Assembly (NCBI GenBank): GCA_043228905.1
Contig: JBHGNT010000007.1
Location: forward strand, 17,298,001 to 17,362,000
Length of the DNA: 64,000 nucleotides
Source: Azolla caroliniana
Lineage: Eukaryota > Plantae > Polypodiophyta
Direction: 5' to 3'
Program-made: the position numbers and the translations under genes
Shown here: positions 41,576 through 52,138 of the stretch, piece after piece
Layout: each line of letters starts with the position of its first letter
Position numbering within the stretch: the first letter of the stretch is position 1
Notes under the pieces: generated by a model
Databases searched by the model: none
Told to the model about the DNA's origin: nothing
The model's input: the letters and a program-made list of their open reading frames with translations, nothing else

Positions 41576-43657
41576 ACACAGAGGGGAGAGAGAGAGAGAT
41601 AGGGAGACTACACAGAGGGGAGAGAGAGAGAGAGAGAGAGAGGAACTACATAGAGGGGAGAGAGAGAGAGAGAGGGAGGGAGAGTCGAGACCATAGACGT
41701 GACAGAGAGAGAGAGAGAGAGAGAGAGAGGAACTACATAGAGGGGAGAGAGAGGGAGAGGGAGAGAGAGTCGAGACCACAGACGTGAGACAGAGTGGGAG
41801 GGAGAGCTTGTACAATGTATAGTATATAGTATATAGTATATAGTGGATCATTTGAGAGAGAGGGAGGTAGGGAGAGAGGGAGAGAGAGGGAGGTTTCTAA
41901 ACCGGTTTCCAAGCCGGTTTAGAAACCGGTTCACAAACCGGTTTAGGCTAAACCGGTTTGTGAACCGGCTCGGCTCAGGTTTGAGATCCTGTAAACAGTT
42001 TAGGCTTAGCCTGTTTGGCTTGGATCAAGCCAAACCAGCTAAGCCTAAACCGAACCGTTGCCGATCCCTAGTACCTCGTGAGCATCTTTGGAGGCGGATG
42101 GAAGAACATATATGCTTGCAATTTCCCGAATATATGAGAAGGTTATATGTTGTGTGCGTATGAGAGATAGACTTTTAGATTTTTTCAATAGCAGTATTGG
42201 TGTTAAGCAAGGATGCCCACTCTCACCAACATTATTTGGTCTATGCATTGATGAATTAGAAGAAATGGTTACCAAGTTTGTAAAGGAAGAATGTGTTGAA
42301 GAAGTTGCCATTGGGAATGTTGTGATAATGCTTTTGTTATATGCGGATGATGTAGTGCTTTTTGTAAATACTTCAGGAGATGCACAAAAGCTTATGAAGG
42401 CATTGGAAAAAAATTGCATGTATACTAGATTAAGTGTCAATAACTCTAAAACAAAGATTATGCTTGTGAAGAGTCCAAAAAGAAATAAACCATGCATTAT
42501 GTACAACAATGAGCCACATGAATGTGTGGAAAGCTTCAAATATCTTGGCCTTGAAGTTCCTTCAAATCATAAATGGAATGAATGTGCTACACTCCGCTTA
42601 GAGGCGGGTAAGCGAGCATATTATGCATTTGAGAACACATGCAATCTTGGAGATATTAAGTGTTGGGTCCTCAAGCAATATCTTTTTGACACTTTGGTGA
42701 CCCCGGTTCTTCTCTATGGGGTGGAAGTATGGAGCGGTAGCATCCCTAAATCTACATGGAAAGAGTTTGAAAATGTCCAGAAATATTTTCTTACAAAGTT
42801 TCTACAAGTTAAGAAACAAATGCCCTACACCCTCCTCCTCGTTGAGACAAGATCGCTTCCCATTGAGATCATGGTGATGGAAAGGGTTGTTGAATACATG
42901 CTTAAGGTTCAAAAAAGCCCCTCACATCGACTTCCTAGAATTGCATGGGAAGCAAGCAAAAAGATCCAAAAGACGCATAAAAGCAAAATTTTATGTTCCA
43001 GTTGGATGCAAGATTTAGAAAAATGGTTTGGTAGATGGGATGCAAGACACTTGCTTCATGATGCGTCACTAGATTCCTCTATAAATGAAGCCTTTTTGCA
43101 ATGCCAATGTATCATGACATGGGACAAATGTGGTGGCTCACGTTTCACACATTATACTACAAACGTTGCACCTAACTACAAAACCATATTCTTTGCGGAA
43201 CAGGGAAGCCATACACATCGATACATGTTAGAGCCCATCCCGATATCTACCATTCGAACCATTGCTTCCATGCGACTTAGCTTGCACGCATTGAGATGTG
43301 AGACGGGGTGTTGGGGCACAAGTGATGAGAGTGGCTGACTATGCACACTTTGCCCCCACTTTGCCCTAAACAAGTTCGAGAGTTTGAGTATCACACTTTG
43401 ATACAATGCTCTACCTTTGATCATATTCGACCATGCTTTCCACATCTCTTCAATCGAGCCCAATCCTTGCACAAATTTCTCTCACAACCAGGATGTGCAC
43501 TCTCGATTGCAACATTCATTGGTAAAGTTCTTGAACATCGAGAGTTGCCACTCACCTTCACACGTATCATGTGAAATGTAATATTTTTGGTCTCATAGGT
43601 CATATTTGACCTCCGAAGACGATAATATAATCTATCTATCTATCTATCTATCTATCT
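41037..43657 (+). mobile_element. 5'-truncated LINE (RT domain), interrupted by a hAT MITE
   Basis: FVDFKKAFDMVP, GVKQGCPLSPTLFGL, LLYADD, FKYLG, LLYGVEVW, then a 3' hairpin and (TATC)n tail. Confidence 0.92.
41126..42070. mobile_element. non-autonomous hAT element (MITE)
   Basis: TIRs TAGGGATTGGCAACGG / CCGTTGCCGATCCCTA (1 mismatch), perfect 8-bp TSD GTACCTCG, subterminal CGGCT/AACCGG repeats and a GA-rich internal minisatellite. Confidence 0.92.
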
Positions 43658-43733
43658 TTGTCTTGCCTTACATGCACTCACACACACACATAGATCGTTT
43701 CCGTTGCACATCACCTGTCTCACCCTCTTTATA

Positions 43734-44463
43734 CATATATAATTTATGACTAAAGAAACAAAAACAAATGTTAGGACTTAACTACAATAATAGAGGAGAA
43801 CATGTCCAACACAACAAAGATACTTACTTGTTGAATTCAATGATCATTTCTCAAGGGAAAGCTCCTTTGCCACAACCCTTGATAGTACTGACACGAGAAG
43901 CTGCTCCTCTTTAATTCCTTGCATCACTCTCCAAAGAGACAACTTCATGTTGTCAGCGGCTTCCTCGATGGTCAAGTCAATCTTCTTTGCCGCATCTGAC
44001 TTTAACTCAAGTAGCGGATCCACTTTAGACTTCTTATGCCTTTGACCTTTGACCTCTTATTTTCCCACATGGTGAAAATCTGGTCCTGTAAATCCCAAAC
44101 ATCACCATCTCTAAATGCTAGTTGGAACTATGACTCATATTTTTTGATGCCTTCAGACTTCACAACGTCATCTACCACAATTCCAACTTCATGAAGACAT
44201 TGACATCAAAGACCTAGATGTAGCTTAGCTCCAAATTTGGCCTTGACATCGAAGTATTCATGGTGGAACAACTGTATACGCTCGATCAATGACATTTTCT
44301 ATTTATAATCATTGTTGTTGTTGTGATCCCAAGCTAATAGCTTGGCCTCCTCAACTGTTAGACCCACATATATTTAACATTCGACATACTTAAAAAAGAA
44401 AGTTGTGGGGTGTTCCCTAACGAGATGCCTTCTCGCTTCAGCCGAATGCGATCGACCGATAAC
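43734..44463 (-). pseudogene. 5' part of the same gene: ParB-like domain and helical linker; exons 44463-43828 and 43749-43734
   Basis: Translates as VIGRSHSAEARRHLVREHP...VEC*IYVGLTVEEAKLLAWDHN...MSLIERI...LSLE/MIIEFN. A 78-nt GT-AG intron (43827-43750) has a CCTAAC branch point. It joins in frame to 28155 once the copia and one CATAT copy are removed. Confidence 0.75.
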
Positions 44464-44479
44464 TGTCGTGACTTGTGAG

Positions 44480-44521
<42 letters not shown>

Positions 44522-46555
44522 CTTGAAATGGAAATGAGATTATATTATGAGGAAACAAGATTACAAAGAGTAGGCTAAGGGCTAAAGACTGGTGTTGAAC
44601 CGAATGAGTTGTGATGAATGAATGGACACTTATTTATAGATCCTTATGGAATATTCTAGAATGTTCTAGAATATTTTAGATATTTATGATAATAAATATA
44701 ATCATGAAATATTCAAGGATGTTCTAGAATAATCTAGAATGTTCTAGAATATTCTAAATATCTCGTAATAACTAAGAATATAATTATTATAATTACACAT
44801 CATATATGTTATTACAATGGCTAAGGATTCAACACATAGACCAAGAAGTTGTGGGTTCGATTCTTGGTTAATGTATGTCTTCATGACATTATTCCCCCTT
44901 TTCGATGATGAGTTGTACGAGTCAGAAGACAAGAGTTTGGACTTGGTATATGGGGATATTGGTTGTGAAATGCAACAAACACGACAAAGGCATTAGCAAG
45001 ATGATCGGCAAGCTCCCATGTTCGATCATTAGGTGTATAACCTAACCAATCAACCAAATAATATAGTTTGTTGCGGATGATCTTGGAGTCGAGAATGGCA
45101 ACAACCTCATATTCAGAGCCATTGGAAACTTCGATTGGAGGTGGGGGAGGTGTAAGACGACCCGGAATAGAGCTTGTTGTGTAGGGCTCCAAAAGTGAAA
45201 CATGGAAGACCGGGTGAAGACGCATATGAGAAGGAAGATCAAGACGAAATGTCACATCATTGATCTTACCAGAGATCACATATGGGTTGAAACGTTGATA
45301 ATCCAATTTGTAGCCAGGTCGGGTGGTTTTGATGCTAGCTTGTAAGAGCCATACACGATCGCCTACTTGAAACGTAGTCGATGAATCACGCCAATGACGG
45401 TTAGCAATCTTCTTTTGAGTGTTTTGGGCATCACATAAATGAGGCAAAAGTATATCCTAAACTTCATGGAGTCGGGTGAGCCGATCTTCAACAGTCGGGT
45501 TTTTCGTGAGTTCAGGATGTTCAAGCATCGTCCAATGAGGATGGTACCCAATGTTTGCAAAAAAATGGGGAATATCCAATAGAAGAATGTTCGGAGTTGT
45601 TGTAAGCAAATTCCGCCAAATGTATAGATCCACCCAATCATCTTGTTGATAGTTGACAAAACAACATAGATATTGTTTGACTGTTTGGTTGGTGCGCTCA
45701 CTCTGCTCATTAGTCTCTGGATGGTAGCCGGAAGAGAGTTTACAAGAAGTATGTAAGAGTTTGAACATGTGCCGCCAAAATTTCGAGATGAATTGGGGAC
45801 CCCGATCACTAATAATATCATCTGGAAGACCATGATGGCAAAACACCTCCCGCATGAGTGAATCAACTCTCTCTTGACTAGTAATGGTCTTCGTACATGC
45901 AAGGAAATGCGCCATCTTCGTAAAACGATCAACTACCATGAGAATAGAATCAAAGCCCTTGGAAGGTGGAAGATCCGTAATAAAGTCCAAGGAAATAAAT
46001 TTCCATGGGCTCTCGGGAATAGGCATTGGTCGTAATAAACCATATGGATGATGTCGAGGCTTTTTTGATCGGCAACATGTATCGCAACTACGAACATAAT
46101 CCGTAACAAAATGGTGAAGCCGTGGCCACCAATATCGGCGAGAAATCAACTCAAAAGACTTGTGGATGCCGAAATGTCCAACCATTGGTGTGTCATGACA
46201 TTGTTGCACGACTTTGAGTCGAGAAGGACCGTCACGCACATACAAGAGAGTTTGTTGAAAAAGTAAACCATCATGCCAACTGAACTGGGTGTAGTCTAGA
46301 CGAGGATTTTGAGATTGGGAGCTGGAAGCACGATCTAGGATAATATGGCTCAAAACCTCTTGGGCTAATGCATCGGTCGCAAAATGCTCCCGAATGGAAT
46401 CAAGAAGCCTTGAATCTCCCAGTGTGTTGATAGTATGCATTGCCATTAGTCGTAGATGATCAAGACCTAAGTGGATTTGCTTTTGACTTTCAAATGCGGC
46501 CTCTCCTGGTTGAAGTTCCATATACGAATGTCGAGATAAACATCTGCTTTTCCTT

Positions 46556-49500
46556 ACGGCGACGGAAAGCATTCGTCGACCGGCACAGGAAAGGTAACGA
46601 AAAAATGTTCGCAATTGGCAAACCAGTGCTAGTATTCCAAACCCGGATGGGCAAGATGCCGGGTAAACTAAGGTTTAGATGGACCGGACCATATTGGCTA
46701 ACACGGGAGTATAATGGGTCCTACCAATTGGGGACACGTGCCAGAGAAGTGCTGGGCAAATGGGTGAATGGATTCCGGTTAAAGGCATATAGAGGACCGA
46801 TGCCTAAGAACCCGTTTAAGCAAAGGACCGACGGCAACCATGAAGACGGCAGAGACGGCAAGCCGGGAACCGGAGAGAATGAGGCCGGTAAGGGTCCGGG
46901 AGGACCAACGGACATGTGACGTCACAGTAATAATAATAATAACTGGAAAAATAAAAATAAAAAAAATCATGCAAAAGCGAGGAATGAATGGATGGAAGAG
47001 CGTGGAGCGAAAAGGTACGTAGTGGGCATTTAAAGCGCCACCACAGGACATAATGCTATTTTAAGTTCGCGACATGCACAAACTCGAAAAAGGCGCCAGA
47101 ATGCACAGACAAAAACCATTGCACGTAGAGACCCTCTATTTTCGTGAACCCAAGAGCATAGAAGCACCGAAACGCTGCAAGATCATCAGACGAGAACCTA
47201 CGCACAGAGAACCCCCGCCTTCTGAACTCTCTCTTTCTCAACCCCGCTCTCATCACCATCCATCCTTGCCACCGCAGTCCGACCCCGACACAGAAATGGA
47301 CCCGCAAACGCTGTCGGAAGCCGCCAAGACATGGCTGAAGCAACACGGGTTCGAGGGCTTCCTGATGATGATGGAAGTACCGCCACACAAAGAAGCCGAC
47401 AAAGTGATCAAGGAAATCGATACAGAGGTCATTACGGCAGAGGCGATTCGAGCGTTAACAAGCCTTCCGGAGGGAGGCATACTCACGATCGACAATCCAA
47501 CCCCGGAGCAACTCATCAGGTATTTTGGTGAGTACTCTCTAACCAGCAAGGGCTACCGGACACAGGGCGGCGGAGATATGCTATTCCGCGAAATTGCTCG
47601 TGTGCTCCATGAATACGGCCACGTATACCCCAGACCCCCGGTCATGCCGCAGAACCGGGCAGGGATGATCATCGCCACCTATGAAGGGATCAAGGTGGAT
47701 TGGCCAGTATTGATTGCAGACGGGTTGTGTGCGGTGATCAAGATCGTCAGAGGCAAAGACGGCAAAGAAGGTCGAGACGGACGAAGGATATGGCACGCCG
47801 TAACGCAGTGGCTCACCTTGCTGGTGCCACCCGTTCAAACCGTCCAGCCCAAGAAGCGAGGAAGAGTGTGGGACGGCACACCAAGGACGGCTTCCAAACG
47901 GCAACAGCTGTTGGCCTCGAAGGCCACTAAGGGAAAGGCGGTGGATGCAGAACAGGCGGCAGCAGGAAGCGGAAGCCGGAAGCGCCCAACGGAGGCGCAG
48001 GAGGAACAACCGGCACGGCCCGTAAAGGTTACACTCCGCCGACCGGTGAATCGAGAAGTGGACCCCTTGGCGGCAAAACTCAATGCCGGAGCTCAGGAGG
48101 AGGAAATAGAGGAGGAGCCTACGGAGCACCTCCAGCGACGGTCGTCAACAAGGACCGTTGAGACTGCCGGGAAACGTGCGGACCCTCAGACAAAGGGAAC
48201 ACCGGCTCCCCAGACTGAGACTCCCACGCCAAGGAAGGAACCGGAACCGGTGCAGATGGCACCAGAAACAGAAGCCCCGGCACCACCGGCAACACCGGCA
48301 AGTCCCATCCCGCCAGAGCCGGAAAGGTCACTGCAGCCTCCCTCGGTCAGCCAAGAAGAAGCGCAAGGGGAACCAGGACAGCAGGATGGCCCACGAGCAG
48401 AAAAGGAACTACAACTCGGCGCAACCAGGCGGGACCACCCCTCTACAAGTGAGCCCATCTATCAAACCTCCATGCAAGCACAACAAGGCACCGGTAGCCT
48501 ATGGCTCCGGTGGATAGGCGAATAGATAGCCAGAGCAGTGGGGTATATAGAGGCAGAAGAAAGAGCGCAAAGCGAACGGTTGCTCGTCACAACCGAACAA
48601 CTAGAGACGGCCCGGTCCAGAATCCGGTGCCTTGAAAAAGATTTGGATCAGGTCACGACAGAGATGCCCAAAATACGGATCCAATCACCGGTGACTCCGG
48701 TAAGTGTACAGAAAGAAACGGAACGACCTGTACATAGCAATAAGACCCCGGCAACGGAAACCGTTCCGGCGAGAGATGCGGCGCAAGCTCGGGAGCTTGC
48801 GGAATTGAGAGAGGAACTTGCCGCACAAGAAGCGCTAAGGAGCCGTGAACGAGAATTGAAGACGGCGGCCGAAGCCGAAGTAAAGAAGACTGCTGAGAAC
48901 CTCTGCCGGGCAGAGGAGAGCCTCCGGAAAGGCCATCAAGCATACGACCGGCTAAAGGAGGAGAAAGACAAAGTGCTGCAGGAAAAGGACAAGCTGCGGA
49001 AAACGGCGGAAACAGAGATAGAACGGCTAAAGGAAGAGCTCCGCCAGCAGAAGGACCGCGAGGACCGGGCCCGTCGTCAGATCAACGCACTTCTCAAGCA
49101 AAAGACGGATGATTTTGAGCACCTGCACCGGGACTACAAACGGCTGGAAATAGAGCATAAAGAACGGATGGCCGAGCTCCAGCAGGCAGTTGATCGGGCC
49201 GCAACGGCGATCGCCGACAAACGGGCGGAAAATACAAGACACTTGGAAGAGGCGGAGAAGGTCCGGATGGAGCTCCAGAAGCAGCAGCAGGATGACAAAG
49301 AGAGAGCGTCTACAGTATTGCAGAAATTACAAAAGTACATATCAAAGGCAACTGACGCATTACAAGGCGCACGCGGAGGACAACGTAAAAATCATCAAAC
49401 AACTGAAGGAGGAACGACAAGCGGCGGAAACCAAATCGCAATTGGGAACGAGCCGGATTCAGTCCATCCTCCAGGCATGGCTGAATCAGACGAAGCACTT

Positions 49501-50548
49501 GATTGATGAAAGCTCCGTAAAATGGTGGACAAAGTGGGCACAAAACGCGGCGGAACTCCAGTTGCTACGGGCGGATGTGGCAAACCGGCGGAAGGAAGGA
49601 GATGACTGTTATACGCTGACTTCCGAGGACTTCACCGCCATACGGGACGAGCTGGCCGACGACTTCCAAGTCCTGGCAGATGAACAGCTGGCGCAGGTCA
49701 GGCAGCTCGTAGCTCAGCTGGACGATGATAGGTTGGACGCTCAAATCCAGTTTGAAAGCTACGAGCGGTCCCGGGTACGGGAAGAAAAAGCACAGGAAGC
49801 GACAACGGTTAACCTTAGTGATGAGGAACCGTCGTCGGCTGAGGGCCAGCCGGGAACCAGTCAACCGGAGACCACCACGACGCAGGGAGCAACGACGGAG
49901 ACGCCGGTGTCAGAGCCACAAACAGAGGAGGAGCCGCAGCAACCACCAACGGACCCGCCGCAACAGACAACAACAGAGCAACAACAACAACAACAACAAC
50001 AACCACTTCCAGATGAACCATTGGAGCCTCTCGAACAGAGCATTCTGGACATTTTGGACGAAGAATAGCAAGGATCGGTTGTGGATTCAACGTACAAGGT
50101 ACTGTCCCACGGGCGTGCCATGTGTTACCGGCCGGCAAAGGAGTCCAAAGTGGGAAACGGAGAGCTAATTAAGTAGTAGGAATGTGGTTGTAATTAAGCT
50201 ATGAGTGTGGATGGACGGACTGGAATCGGTATGCCGTTCCAGATCTGGACCGATCCCGAACAGGTGCGGATGGCACCGTTTTGTAATACAGACCAGAAAC
50301 CTATTTAAAGGCCCGGATGCAATGTAATAGTTAGCGGTTAATTAATGAAAGCTTAAGTGTTGTTATATCTCTGTGTCAATTGCCGTTCTGTCTTAATTGT
50401 TATATCTTACGCGTGTTATGAAGACGATCCTAATAAGTAACTTGATTAAGTCGGATTAAGCGTTGAAGTCTAATCCGGTTGCCGTAACACCCTTTGGTGA
50501 AGTGTCTCCCGTAGACACCCTGTGTTAGGCCATTGTCTGGCCCGAAGA
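46556..50548 (+). mobile_element. 5'-truncated Tat/Athila-like gypsy fragment: integrase C-terminus, extra 3' ORF and almost complete 3' LTR
   Basis: GKLRFRWTGPY...VNGFRLKAY. The LTR from about 50123 is homologous to 51167-51611. Flanked by a 43/44-bp duplication of host sequence. Confidence 0.85.
47074..50068 (+). pseudogene. additional 3' ORF of the Tat/Athila-like element (globular N-terminus, P/E-rich linker, long coiled coil)
   Basis: ORFs 47074-48525, 48538-49506 and 49190-50068 form one frame broken by a stop and a frameshift. A homolog lies on the minus strand at 53430-55130. Confidence 0.75.
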
Positions 50549-51166
50549 AAGTTCCATATACGAATGTCGAGATAAAGCATCTGCTTTTCCTTGTTGCATC
50601 CCAGGGCAATATAGAATTACGAAATCAAAACGAGTTAAGAACCGTGCCCAACGAGCTTGTCGACAATTCAAGACACGAGCACTTTGGAAGTATGTTAGAT
50701 TTTTGTGATCATTGTAGACAATAATATGTTGAGAAGAACCCTCCAAAAAATGAGTCACGCCATTGTTGAAAAGAATCCACAATGGCAAGAAGCTCTTTGT
50801 CGTGAATCTCATAGTTGATTTCTACGGCTTCAAATTTCCGTGAATGAAAAGCCATAGGGTGCAGTTCGCCATCTTCGCCAATCTGGGATAGTACGCTTCC
50901 GAGTGCGAAATCAGATGCATCAGCTTCAAGTATAAAGCGCCTCATTGGATTGACATGCATTAAAATTGGTGTAGATGTAAACTCTTGCATTAAACTCTCA
51001 AATGCAGAGTTCGCATCTATAGTCCATACAAATGGTCAATTCTTTTGCGTCAGTTGAGTGAGGGGCAATACAATCTTTGAATTCTTTGATGAACTTGCGA
51101 TAAAAGTTTGCGAACCCCAAAAAACATTGTACATCTCGCACAGATTGGGTGTTTGCCAATCCAAAA

Positions 51167-51611
51167 TGTTACCCGGCCGACAAAGGAGTTAAAGACCGGA
51201 ATGTGAAGGGGATTGTATATTCGGAATCTATTATAATTAAGTAGTTTATGAGATGTGAACGGATGGACCGGAATCGGTATGCCAATCTGGATCCGGACCG
51301 GTTCCGAACAGGTGCCAGTTGGCACCGTTTTGTACTCAACACCGGTGACCTATATAAAGGCCCGGTTACAATGTAAAACTTTGATGGATAATTAATAGAG
51401 CTTCTTGTTTTATCTTTAAGTGTTGATTACCGTTCTGTGCTAATTGTTCTATCATACGCGTGTATCAAGTCTAATGCCATATTGCTAAGTAACCAATTAA
51501 AGTCTGATTAATCGTTGAGACTTAAGTTAGATCTCGTCATAGCACCCCTTTGGTGAAGTGTCTTTCGTAGACACCCTGTGTTAGGCCATTGTCTGGCCCT
51601 AAGGAATAACA
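51167..51611 (+). mobile_element. solo LTR of the Tat/Athila-like family
   Basis: TGTTACC...TAACA with perfect 5-bp TSD CAAAA. Confidence 0.9.
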
Positions 51612-52138
51612 CAAAATTGTTTGAACCTTTGATGGATCCATAGAGATGCCATTTGAAGAGACTATGTACCCCAAAAATTCCACTTGACACTGGTCGAAAC
51701 TACACTTCTCCAATTTTGCATAGAGACCATATTCTCGCAACCACTGCAAACCTTAGCGAATGTGTATCTCATGCTCCTCTTGAGTTTTTGAGTAGATCAA
51801 GATATCTTCCAAGTAAACTATGATGAAGATATCAAGGAAGTCTAAAAAAATGCCATTCGCCATATGTTGGAAAACTGTTGGTCATTCATGGCAGCACTGT
51901 ATACTCAAAATGACCATAGCAAGTGCGGAACGCAGTCTTCCATCCATCCCAAGACGAATTCGAACAAGGTTGTAGGCACCTCGAAGATCTAACTTTGTGA
52001 AATATTTTGCTCCGTTGAGGCGTTCCAAAAGGCTTAAGATCAAGGGTAGAGCATATCGGTTTCGAATAGTCACTTTATTCAAGCCCCGATAATCCACGAC
52101 CATACGAAACATACCATCTTTTTTCTTAACGAAAAATA

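Larger units (their letters stand above)
28161..43733 (+). mobile_element. Ty1/copia LTR retrotransposon (copy 2, decayed, heavily nested)
   Basis: 5' LTR 28161-28443, PBS TGGTATCAGAGC at 28444. gag from 28548, protease about 29540, integrase 34500-35580, partly deleted RT-RH 35850-37045. The 3' LTR is split (about 40085-40180 and 43658-43733). Perfect TSD CATAT at 28156-28160 and 43734-43738. Confidence 0.92.

Noticed and set aside
41330-41851. ER- and SL-repeat ORFs
   Set aside because: These are translations of the GA-rich minisatellite inside the hAT MITE.
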